In this document: positions 20,215-28,768 of the stretch, piece by piece
Layout of the letters: each line of letters starts with the position of its first letter
How positions within the stretch are numbered: position 1 is the first letter of the stretch
Assembly (NCBI RefSeq): GCF_000012285.1
Contig: NC_007181.1
Location: forward strand, 1,620,001-1,652,000
Reading direction: 5' to 3'
Source of the DNA: Sulfolobus acidocaldarius DSM 639
GTDB taxonomy: Archaea; Thermoproteota; Thermoprotei_A; Sulfolobales; Sulfolobaceae
Length of the DNA stretch: 32,000 bases
Position numbers and translations under genes: made by a program
The notes under the pieces: generated by a model
What the model was told of the DNA's origin: nothing
Databases searched by the model: none
What the model saw: only the letters and a program-made list of their open reading frames with translations

Positions 20215-20237
20215 ATACATATACCAGTGGAATAAAG

Positions 20238-20247
20238 TTATAAAAAT
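20238..20247 (-). promoter_or_regulatory. TATA-like box of the cas6 promoter
   Basis: The minus-strand sequence ATTTTTATAA sits about 25-32 nt upstream of ATG 20214. The same geometry is seen for most genes in the window. Confidence 0.45.
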
Positions 20248-20584
20248 AATACGACTTTCAATTCCACTAACGATAATATTACCGTCACTAATTTAATGAG
20301 ACCGTTATTGAGTTAACCATTTTTGTGAAAAACAGTTAAAGACACTGCTGTACCACAGTAAGTAAGCTAGTGTCCCTTCTAACTCTATCAAAGTCCAATC
20401 AACTGATCAGAGGGAGGTGTGGTGCTGAAAATAAGGGGAAAAGTTACTACTAACCTCCTGACCCATATGGACCATTAAACTCTCCACTTAATTTCATGCT
20501 TAACTACTCGTTTAAACTTTAAGACCCACAAGGGATGACCAAGTATATTGATATGCTAAGAAAACAATGAGGTGAGTATTCCCC

Positions 20585-21595
20585 TTAGATGTTTATTTCA
20601 CCTTGGACTATACTGTCTAACCCTAGCTTCAATCTCTCCCTAATATTTCTAGGTTCCAAGCCCTCCTCGATCCCCTTTATGGCTAAATCCAGACCTAGCT
20701 TAACTGCCTCCTTCTCTAATCCCCTGTAGGAAAGCAGTAGTAACTTTCTTATAAACCTCAAATCTCTGGGTTTAAATCCCATGAGGTTAGAGGCGTAAGG
20801 GAACAAGTAATGCTCTGCAATAAGATTTATTCTCCCTTTAAGCGTGGTCGGTGTCGATAGGCTGTCCTTTTTCACCCCGTAGTTCATCCTCTCAATCTCC
20901 TTTTCTACACCACCATTAATCTCGGCTGTAAAATACCCTTTCATTATTGCATGTAAGGTCAAGATATTCTCGTGATGAAACCCCCTAAGAGTATGACAAG
21001 GTAACCTAAAGTCTTTGTACACCTCCCTTTTTACACTCATATTCTCTGCCGTTACGGTAATTGTCTTTATAAGATCTCCAGCTGACCTCACAGGTCTATC
21101 ATTTGGAATTCCGTAAATTGTTAAGTAACCCGAGTACCCGTCAAATAGTTCAGAGAACTGGCGATATATTATCTTCTTTGCAAAGTCCTTTAGTAATTTT
21201 TTATTGTTTAGATTCTGGTTCTTACGGATGACCTTCCCCCGAGCAACTCCTAACATCTCGTATTTTTCGTGGAACTTTTTGTGGTCTAAGACCCAGTTAG
21301 GATCAGGTATGTTATCATCGTCGATAGTTAGTAGTAGGTCAGCATTGGCATTGGAGTAAATTAAGTTCATAGCCTCCTCAATATAACCCTCATTTTGATA
21401 AATAACCATAATATCAAGGTACTTCTTAAACTCCTCTACAACTTCTAGAGTCCTGTCTCCCTCACTAGGTTTATAGAGAATTAGCACACTAAAATCCTTG
21501 TATGTCTGCTTTGTTAAGCCTTCTAAAGTAAAGCGAATAGTCCTGCCGTCGTTTCTATAAGTGGGGATAGCCACTAGAATATTCAAGTAAGCCAC
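20585..21595 (-). CDS. family 2 glycosyltransferase (GT-A fold)
   Basis: N-terminal VAIPTYRNDGRTIRFTLEGLTKQTYKDFSVLIL followed by TIDDDNIPDPNW (DxD motif) is the classic GT2 pattern. The start codon is GTG. Confidence 0.85.
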   Translation of the reverse strand: MAYLNILVAIPTYRNDGRTIRFTLEGLTKQTYKDFSVLILYKPSEGDRTLEVVEEFKKYLDIMVIYQNEGYIEEAMNLIYSNANADLLLTIDDDNIPDPNWVLDHKKFHEKYEMLGVARGKVIRKNQNLNNKKLLKDFAKKIIYRQFSELFDGYSGYLTIYGIPNDRPVRSAGDLIKTITVTAENMSVKREVYKDFRLPCHTLRGFHHENILTLHAIMKGYFTAEINGGVEKEIERMNYGVKKDSLSTPTTLKGRINLIAEHYLFPYASNLMGFKPRDLRFIRKLLLLSYRGLEKEAVKLGLDLAIKGIEEGLEPRNIRERLKLGLDSIVQGEINI

Positions 21596-21752
21596 CTCTT
21601 CTCAAATAACATTGTCTAAACTCACCTATTACAATTGTTTAAATACTTGTGACCGCTTCCCCCTGACCCGTATATCAGCCTCTTAGTCTGCACATCAATG
21701 ATAAATGTACTAGACTCGAACACTGTTTCCCCAAAATTCGATTTCGAGTCCA

Positions 21753-22178
21753 TCATAACATCAGCCCCTTCATGTAGACAAAGGTCTCGAATAACTCAGG
21801 GATATAGTACTCAAACTCAACCTTACACCTTAAGTAATACGAACAGTCCTCTCTCTCATTCCAATAAGAAGACGAGAAAGTGTATGTCAGGAGGTCGTCT
21901 TCCGGAACCCTTTTATCATGAAAATTCTGTTTATTTCTAACATATCTAAAGATGCAAGAGTCAAAACCATACATCATTAGAACCAACGTGTCTCCAAAAT
22001 TTGAGTGGTTTAAAATCTTATCACCTCTCCTTCCGAAAGGAGCACGTACCTCGTTTTTCGTCTTCCCAGCTACCCTGCTCACAACTCTTATCCTATATAA
22101 TGAATTTAAAAGCTTTACCATCTGTTTGTTTTTAAGTTCATTAATACTTAAGATTTCTTTGTAACGTGCAAGCGACAA
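21753..22178 (-). CDS. hypothetical protein (weakly supported)
   Basis: 141-codon ORF with a TTG start and protein-like composition, directly upstream of and co-oriented with the GT2 gene. No motif recognised. Two antisense ORFs of similar size exist, so coding status is uncertain. Confidence 0.4.
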   Translation of the reverse strand: MSLARYKEILSINELKNKQMVKLLNSLYRIRVVSRVAGKTKNEVRAPFGRRGDKILNHSNFGDTLVLMMYGFDSCIFRYVRNKQNFHDKRVPEDDLLTYTFSSSYWNEREDCSYYLRCKVEFEYYIPELFETFVYMKGLML

Positions 22179-22539
22179 TAGATTAAGAAAGAATCTATGA
22201 TACTTCTGTCACCTATTTTGATACTCTTTTTTAAGCCAAGCTTTTCTTTTTATTTATATCCCATTGCTCTTATTAATTAATGACGTGATTTCCTTTTAAT
22301 AGCGTTAATATTGACAGTCTAGCCAGTTTGGAACCATTTACTTACGCTACCAAGAGTGGGATAGTGAGAGTTGATAGCCATAAAGCTAAGCATTATATGA
22401 CCCATATTTAGACCCTGAGACCTTCTAATAATGACTTTTCCCGACCTTATTGTGTTCCTCTAGGTGCATATATATCTCCAGATTAAGATACGCCTCTGTT
22501 GATGACAGCGTAATTCTTAGTGTTAAACAAAAATAAAAT

Positions 22540-22660
22540 TTTCCTCTTATGTATCTTTAAGTATCCTAATATCCAATATTTTCTTCGTAGTTTCTTTTCA
22601 AATCTCTCTTAATTACCCTTTATGTACGAGTTATTTCTAATACTATAAGGCTCATTGTTG
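22540..22660 (-). pseudogene. decayed partial duplicate of the 5' region of the gene at 22858..23517
   Basis: 22543-22612 aligns with 23338-23415 (cctcttatgtatctttaagtatccta...atccaatattttc[tc]tcgtagtttcttttcaaatctct). The copy has a short deletion that shifts the frame (IKRDLKRNYEENIGY then stop). Weaker similarity continues to about 22660. Confidence 0.5.
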
Positions 22661-22857
22661 AAAGGGATAGTAGATAATAACCGATCTTAATTAAATGTTT
22701 TTGTAGTCCTACAACTGTAGGTAGTTGGTTAGCTTTATGTAGGAAAGATAACAATAACTTGATTTTCATGTGGAAATCTCATATACCTGAATTCACAATC
22801 TTTTGAATAAATAACAGATGAGCGAGTTGCAAATTGTATCAGATAGAGAATGTTCTC

Positions 22858-23517
22858 TTACGTCCCTGGGTTCACTTGATTTTTAAATTCATCTACTTTC
22901 TTTTTAACTATCTCGGCGAAATTCTCTAGCACTTTAGATCCCTCTACAACTTCAAAGCGCCAGTAGACAAAGGAGGAATTTATATTCCTCCTGCCACCTA
23001 TCTCCAATCTAGTTCTCTTTTTTAACCCATACCTTAATCCAGAGATACCTTGATATATAAATAACCCTGCAATGAACCAGAGTACAGTCATTAGTATAAA
23101 TAAGTTTCCAAAGGTAAGATATGGGGTTATATAATGTTGGGCTATAGCGTTATCAACTGGTCCTATCCTACTGTTAGTAGTGTAGGTGAACGGTCCTGAA
23201 TTAGCGAGACTTAAAATATTAACGTTATTAAAAGGAGGTACGTTGTTCATTGCTAGGAGTAATGCAATATAAACACCGAAATAAACTAACCCGATCGACA
23301 ACAGTATAGATCCTACTATTATATAAGGTAAACTTCTCCTCTTATGTATCTTTAAGTATCCTATTTCATTGTATCCAATATTTTCCTCGTAGTTTCTTTT
23401 CAAATCTCTTTTAATAACTCTTTCTGTAGTAGCTATCAATTTGTATCTGTAGCCTGGGAATTTGTTCTTTTTAATCTCCATGGCATAAATCACTTTTTCT
23501 TCTTTACCTTCTCCCAC
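22858..23517 (-). CDS. membrane protein with cytoplasmic PH-like N- and C-terminal segments flanking TM helices
   Basis: The ORF is maximal from GTG 23517. ATG 23481 (MEIKKNKFPGYRYKLIATTERVIKRDL) is favoured by a TATA-like box near 23527-23540 and a GTGA 8-12 nt upstream. Two to three TM helices sit centrally. The YKLIATTERVI..IGY.EIGYLKI pattern resembles bacterial-type PH (YdbT-like) domains, a weak call. Confidence 0.7.
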   Translation of the reverse strand: MGEGKEEKVIYAMEIKKNKFPGYRYKLIATTERVIKRDLKRNYEENIGYNEIGYLKIHKRRSLPYIIVGSILLSIGLVYFGVYIALLLAMNNVPPFNNVNILSLANSGPFTYTTNSRIGPVDNAIAQHYITPYLTFGNLFILMTVLWFIAGLFIYQGISGLRYGLKKRTRLEIGGRRNINSSFVYWRFEVVEGSKVLENFAEIVKKKVDEFKNQVNPGT

Positions 23518-24023
23518 GATTTATGTTAATAAAAATAAAATAATAAGTTTTTTGGTAATTAGAGTATAAATACTAAGGGTAAAAGGAGATCATACAAAGC
23601 GAAGTTATATGAGGCAAGTAAACCCGAACCGATAATGGGAAACGCTATTTATGGCTGGGCGAAAGTCAGATTTGAGACTAAAGCGATAGACAATATTTGT
23701 TAAGCTTTAAATTGACGCCCATTAGGATAACATTGAGGGAAGTGAAGTAAGACTATAGTGAGGGGATAGTCTGAAGAGATCTCTGTCCTTTCTTGTTCTA
23801 GAGTGTAACAGAGTTAAGGACGAGTTCTCATCTTTCTTAGCATAACATAAAATATTCATTCCGTTAAGTTTCAAGTCTCCTTATCGACTTTATTTACTTC
23901 ATTCAAGGATAACTAAAACGTCTACGATCAAGAAAGTGAATTTCTTATACCTGTTCTCGAAACGCCTAGAGTTCTCACTCATTACACCATTAACTGACAT
24001 GTCAATATTGTTTAAAACAGACC

Positions 24024-24833
24024 TTACTCTACTACCATGGACGAAATTATTGTGACCCCCTCCTTCTCTAACTCTTCTTTAACCTTCTTGTCAACATAGT
24101 TCGCCACAAGGAAAAGTTTAACTGGTTTATTGAAGAGCTGTGGGACCAACTTCTTCCTGACCAACATTTGCTCTAACGCACCCTCATCTGCAAAGTTCTT
24201 TATCTCGAAGACGTAAACGTAATCGTTGGTTTCATAGAAGTCCACTTCGAATATCCTGCCCTTATCTATTATACCTAACGTATCCACAATATTACCGTGT
24301 TTAACCTTGTTTGGGTCTATCCCGTGTAGCTCTAAAGCCTCTTTATATACCATCATTATTGTCTTCTCTAAACCCTTACCAGCCCTGTTGGTAAAGCTAC
24401 CGATCTCTGTCGAGAGCTTTATGGTGAGCTTGCTGACCTCTTTTATATCGTTGGATAACTGTTTTACTGCTTCCTGTAAGCCCTTTATTGCTTCGCTGTG
24501 TTGTTTTACTGTCTCTTGTAAACTTTTTATCGCTTCGCTGTGTTCTCTTAGTATCTCTCCTTGTTGTTTTACTGCTTCTTGTAGTCCTCTTATGGCTTCG
24601 CTGTGTTGTTTTACTGTCTCTTGTAAACTTTTTATCGAGCCTCCCTGTTGTCTTACTGCCTCCTCTAACCCCATTATCCCCTGTTGCAAATTTCTAATTG
24701 CCTCAGTATTTTCCTCTAACCTTTTTATCACGACTTCGTCTTTAAGCCTATCATAAATTTTACTAGCTAGGGTTGAAATAAACTTAGGATCCTCTAATAG
24801 TTTTTTAACCATGTCGTCGCTTTCGCTAGCCAT
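24024..24833 (-). CDS. coiled-coil repeat protein with C-terminal PD-(D/E)xK nuclease-fold domain (Sulfolobales DUF3782/DUF1626-like family)
   Basis: A TATA-like GTATAAAT (24865-24858, minus strand) predicts a TSS at ATG 24833 (MASESDD...); the track start TTG 24851 is less likely. The central part has 14-aa repeats HSEAI[KR][GS]LQE[AT]VKQ. The C-terminus has GRIFEVDFYETNDYVYVFEIK, i.e. D...E-x-K spacing of restriction-endonuclease-like folds. Confidence 0.8.
   Translation of the reverse strand: MASESDDMVKKLLEDPKFISTLASKIYDRLKDEVVIKRLEENTEAIRNLQQGIMGLEEAVRQQGGSIKSLQETVKQHSEAIRGLQEAVKQQGEILREHSEAIKSLQETVKQHSEAIKGLQEAVKQLSNDIKEVSKLTIKLSTEIGSFTNRAGKGLEKTIMMVYKEALELHGIDPNKVKHGNIVDTLGIIDKGRIFEVDFYETNDYVYVFEIKNFADEGALEQMLVRKKLVPQLFNKPVKLFLVANYVDKKVKEELEKEGVTIISSMVVE
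24461..24637 (-). repeat. intragenic tandem repeats (42-nt units) including a perfect 43-nt duplication
   Basis: gcttcgctgtgttgttttactgtctcttgtaaactttttatcg occurs identically at 24490-24532 and 24595-24637, 105 nt (35 codons) apart. Related 42-nt units lie between and beside the two copies. The plus-strand track ORFs 24307..24756 and 24488..24697 are artefacts of this repeat. Confidence 0.85.
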
Positions 24834-24919
24834 ATGTTCATTACTCCACAAGAAAGGATTTATACTTTTCCCTATTTAGCTGGACCCATGGATAAGGTCG
24901 TAGAGTCGATTTTCTCGCC

Positions 24920-25132
24920 TCACCCAAAACTCTCCTTTATGGTAAACTGACGTCCATTCTGCCTAAAGGGCGAGCGTTCCACCGAGGTTTTAGGTGTTGC
25001 TCCCCTTTTTTGAAGTACTCTGTCAGATGTCGCAGGAAAAAGAAAGAGGTTTTTCCCAAAGTAATAAGCAATTTCCTTTATGTCAAGTCTCACAATGTTT
25101 AACGCTCCATTAACGTCACTGACCCACCTCAA
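24920..25132 (-). pseudogene. tnpB: 3'-terminal relic of an IS200/IS605-family tnpB (orfB)
   Basis: The translation contains SDVNGALNIV, the RuvC-III D-x-N-[AG]-A-x-N-I motif found near the C-terminus of TnpB/OrfB proteins, followed by a typical basic, Pro-rich tail. A stop lies just upstream in frame, and no zinc finger or RuvC-I/II segment is recognisable in 25133-25354, so only the tail survives. Confidence 0.6.
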
Positions 25133-25354
25133 ACCTCCAAAGCACCACTAAACCGTTAATACAAACACTTAACTAGGTATAGGAAGACTTGGTTCCTTGA
25201 TATCGAGAAGTATTATTACTTGAAAATTCTTTTCTGTAATTTTAACTTTGTTTTAATCTCTTGGTCTAGGAAACCTCTTAACCGTAAAGGGTTAATACAA
25301 GATATCCATGTCTCTTGAGGAGCTTTTACCTAAACCGTTCAACCCTGAAATTCT

Positions 25355-25846
25355 TTAACCTAGTAACGCTGAGAGCTCCTCTTTTGACTTTATGATGTTA
25401 ACTTGCACTTGATGCATTAAGTAATTAGAGTCGCTCTTAGCTCTTCTCGAGTAAACTTCATTGACAACACTTTTAGTTATCATATTACTCACTACATTAA
25501 AGTCACCGGTAATTAGCGACGGTACACCGTAAGAATTTTTACCTCTCTGGGACTCCCGGAATATTACATATGACATTTCACATATAGGTTGATAAACCCT
25601 CTCAATTCTAGCCACTTTTAACTTACTACCAATACCAAATCCACGAACAAAGTTATCCTCTAGAATACGTGTAACCACGTCTAGTTGATCCTTTGGAGGG
25701 CTGGTTTTACCCTTCTTAGGTGGTCTTAACCTATACGTAATATTAACATTATTTACATCAAAGGTAAACGCGAATCCCTGGACAGGACTAGGCGGATTAC
25801 TGTAGTAAAATAATAATACAGGAGGGACAGCTTTGTAACACAACAT
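25355..25846 (-). CDS. hypothetical protein (163 aa), no recognisable family
   Basis: ATG start with a TATA-like TTTTATCT box about 25-32 nt upstream (25881-25874, minus strand). Composition is protein-like. No HUH/Tyr transposase or other motif is seen. Confidence 0.6.
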   Translation of the reverse strand: MLCYKAVPPVLLFYYSNPPSPVQGFAFTFDVNNVNITYRLRPPKKGKTSPPKDQLDVVTRILEDNFVRGFGIGSKLKVARIERVYQPICEMSYVIFRESQRGKNSYGVPSLITGDFNVVSNMITKSVVNEVYSRRAKSDSNYLMHQVQVNIIKSKEELSALLG

Positions 25847-26617
25847 ACCTATTACCCTACCACTTAAGTGCTAAGATAAAATAGGAAAATTTATTATTAT
25901 AATTTTTTCTATCCAAATTTTAAATTCACTAGCCTCGCTTTTGGAACATTTAGCTATGAAGTTACTGAAGTACAACGGGATTTTTAAGGTTCTGAATACC
26001 TATCCAAGAACATTTTACCTAAGGAAGGTGTTGAGTTAGGGTTTTTACCCCCTAGCAGTCAAAAATCGTGTGGAAACACCGTTCTTTAGACCTCTAAAGG
26101 TCTTTAAATCAACTCCTAATATTCATATAGACAATCACTATCTACATAAGGTTTAAGGGTTGAAAGTTTAGGGAAAACGCGTTAACGTTTCCCGAAAACA
26201 CTTAAGGCGACTGAGAAACGGACATTATGACATAACCATTTTCGATGTCGGGCAAGCAGTTGTACTCTAAATTAGTGTAGTATTTGAACATTTTAGGAAG
26301 GAGTACACAGTATGATGTGGGTTCAGGTCTATCTTACGAGGTCGATAAGGTAGGAGTGTTGACTGAGGAGGGTAAGGAGATTGGCTTAGGAAAAGTCGTC
26401 TAAATACATGAAAGGGTCAAGTTCTCAAAGATAAAATACAGAATAGCGTCTCAGTAATGCGAATAAATGGTTAATTTTTAACCCTAGACTTGACGTGTAA
26501 GATTTATGAAACCTACTCCTTGTAAACTAGTTCACGCTGAAAGTTAACACGGTTTCTTTTTAACTAGAAAAATTCACGTTGGAAGAAGTTATTTCAAATC
26601 GAGTTAAGCCCCACTTC

Positions 26618-28768
26618 TCACTTCTCCAGCACCTTTAGCAACTCACTCACCTTAGCCCTCTTGGAGGGGTCAGGGTGAGTAGCCTTAATAACCACCTCAC
26701 TTATCTCCCTTGGTGCACTGGTCAGAGTTGAGGGCAGAACGTTAAAGTAGTATTCCTCATACCTATCTCTAGCTAACTTTAGCTTACCTAAGGGGCTTCC
26801 ACCCCTCGTGTAGTCTTCTACAGCCTCCTCAACTAAGCCCACGACCTCAGGGGGACTAAACGCCTTACCCGTAAGTGCAGTATATATGGTAGCACCAAAG
26901 GCATATACGTCCATTGTGGTCTCAGCTCCCTTGCCCACTATTAACGCCTCCACCTGGTCTACAGGACAGTAGTTTGGAGTGTACTGAGATACCCTCTCAC
27001 CTACTCTCTTCGCTGAGCCCAAGTCCCCCAGTTTCACCTCATTCCTTCCCTTGACAAGTGAGTCAAACACCTCACCCCCGGTCTTACCTACAGGGGCGGA
27101 GAAGAATATGTTCTGGGGCTTAACGTCTAAGTGCACATAGCCTGAACTGTGTATGTAGTCCAAAGCCTTAGCCACCTTTCTAGCCACGACTTTAACTATA
27201 TCACCCCAATGAGAGGAGTTCACGACAATGTCATTCCTCATGAGGTCTGCTAACGTACCACCCTCCATGTACTCCATGACAATAGCAGGAGGGTTAGTGA
27301 GGTAGTACTTCACCTCACCTCTCTCTATCCTCCTCAAGAGGTTTATGTCCAGGAAAATCCCATATATTTTCACTACGTTCTCTACCCCCTCAGAGAGCCT
27401 CTGCAAGTTTGAGGACTCCTTATAGAGTTCCTCGAAGGTGACCTTACTCAGCTTGGTCGCTGAACTAGAGGGCTGGCTGAGCTTTGGTACCTTGATCGCA
27501 AACCTCTCACCTGAAGTTGCTGAGAGGACATAAGACGTACCACCCTCACCCAATACGCTCTCCACCTTATACCCGTAGATCTCTCTGCCGACCCAGAGGT
27601 TCGGGTCCCACTTCTCCAGTGGAGGTAGGTTGCTAGTGTTCGTAACAGTTGTCCGGCTCGTGGAAGCTCTAGAGATAGCCCTGAGTACTTCCTCAGCTTT
27701 AGCCCTCCTGTGGTCCTGTTTGGTCACTTTCTGTAGTACGACCTTGGCTAAGTCTACAGCCTCACTCTGGTTCACCCACCTGAGGCACTCCAGTAGTCTG
27801 TCCACTGTGTAAGGTATATCGCCTGTAGTTTTCACACATTCCACTGAAGTCCCCCTACACTCCCTGCACTTACAGTAGTCTATGAGGAAGTTGTCCATTA
27901 GCCAAATTACCTCGTTACACCTCTTGTAGGTACGTGTAGCCCTGACAAACTCGTTAAACGCCTCCTCCACACCTACCCCCTGGTTCTCCAGCTCCGCTAA
28001 CACAGCCCTGGCGTTGTCGTACTCACGGTTTAGCAGTGAGTTTACGAACTCCTGCAGAAGTTCGTCCTTGGAGTACTGTGTTGATGATGTAATGTTCATG
28101 GGCTGAGTATACACCCTGCTACCCTCAAGTACGGTGAGCCAGCCGAAGCCAAAGAGGTTAATTACCGGGAAGATTGGGAGTGCCACAAATAATGCCCCTA
28201 ACTTCGACTCCCTCCTGAGCTCTAGACCAGAGACTATCTGCCCCACAACAAAGAGTAGGCTCTCTGGTAAAAGGAAGAACTTTAGGAACGGCTCTTGTGG
28301 TCTAGCAAAGTAAAGTACAGTGCTACTGGTGATCATAGAGGTGGACACCAGGGCTAGCCCACGTGACCTTAAGTCATAAGCCCTCTTAGCCAGTACTACC
28401 CCTGCTAAGAAGTCAATCCCTGTTACGATCCATACAGGGAACCAGTTAAAGGCATCTCCGTCAGGAACACCCTGTACCCTTAGGGCTAAGTACTCCAAGT
28501 TCTGCATGCTAACTGGGTTGAAGAAAATACCCATGAATGTTACTTCCGCCTGGACTAGTTGATCACTTGGCTCTCCCTTTAACTGGTAGATTGAACTTTT
28601 AACTTCCATTGAGTAAAGGACAGACGATACGAAGTCTTTACCCTGGACTGAGCTCAAGACAGAGGGTATTATTGCACTAAAGTAGTTCCAGGACGTGAAC
28701 AAGAAGGTAAACGCTATGATTATGAGACAGAGCCCTACCAAGGGATCAGAAGAGTTTCCGTCTCCCAT
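26618..28768 (-). CDS. membrane-anchored Hanks-type (eukaryotic-like) Ser/Thr protein kinase
   Basis: The 716-aa product has about 215 N-terminal aa with several TM helices. A helical, Cys-rich middle region follows (CKCRECRGTSVEC). The C-terminal kinase domain has the full motif set: GEGGTSYV (G-loop), FAIKVPK (VAIK Lys), HLDVKPQN (catalytic loop), LGDLGSAK (DFG-like), DVYAFGATIY and HPDPSKRA. A TTTATTAAA box 25-32 nt upstream of the ATG is consistent with a leaderless transcript. GC is about 45-57% in hand-counted lines. Confidence 0.9.
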   Translation of the reverse strand: MGDGNSSDPLVGLCLIIIAFTFLFTSWNYFSAIIPSVLSSVQGKDFVSSVLYSMEVKSSIYQLKGEPSDQLVQAEVTFMGIFFNPVSMQNLEYLALRVQGVPDGDAFNWFPVWIVTGIDFLAGVVLAKRAYDLRSRGLALVSTSMITSSTVLYFARPQEPFLKFFLLPESLLFVVGQIVSGLELRRESKLGALFVALPIFPVINLFGFGWLTVLEGSRVYTQPMNITSSTQYSKDELLQEFVNSLLNREYDNARAVLAELENQGVGVEEAFNEFVRATRTYKRCNEVIWLMDNFLIDYCKCRECRGTSVECVKTTGDIPYTVDRLLECLRWVNQSEAVDLAKVVLQKVTKQDHRRAKAEEVLRAISRASTSRTTVTNTSNLPPLEKWDPNLWVGREIYGYKVESVLGEGGTSYVLSATSGERFAIKVPKLSQPSSSATKLSKVTFEELYKESSNLQRLSEGVENVVKIYGIFLDINLLRRIERGEVKYYLTNPPAIVMEYMEGGTLADLMRNDIVVNSSHWGDIVKVVARKVAKALDYIHSSGYVHLDVKPQNIFFSAPVGKTGGEVFDSLVKGRNEVKLGDLGSAKRVGERVSQYTPNYCPVDQVEALIVGKGAETTMDVYAFGATIYTALTGKAFSPPEVVGLVEEAVEDYTRGGSPLGKLKLARDRYEEYYFNVLPSTLTSAPREISEVVIKATHPDPSKRAKVSELLKVLEK

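Noticed and set aside
20376-20400. Second family-I/II-like 25-mer (minus strand GATTGGACTTTGATAGAGTTAGAAG) about 122 nt from the one at 20255-20278, roughly two CRISPR periods.
   Set aside because: Only about 16 of 24 identity with a gap, and no repeat-like sequence at the intermediate position. This level of match is expected by chance when scanning AT-rich DNA.
24307-24756. Plus-strand ORFs 24307..24756 and 24488..24697 with Cys/Leu/Ser-rich repetitive products.
   Set aside because: They are mirror images of the intragenic tandem repeats of the minus-strand coiled-coil gene, and the repeat keeps the antisense frames open.
25355-25846. Possibility that the 163-aa ORF is the IS200/IS605 tnpA partner of the tnpB relic.
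   Set aside because: No HUH motif, no catalytic Tyr region, and the size and sequence are unlike Y1 transposases.
26312-26366. 55-nt stretch starting ATGATGT and ending CTGA in the large ORF-free gap.
   Set aside because: The internal D' and C' boxes would have to be ATCT and GATAAGG, which is too degenerate. No promoter-like element is seen.
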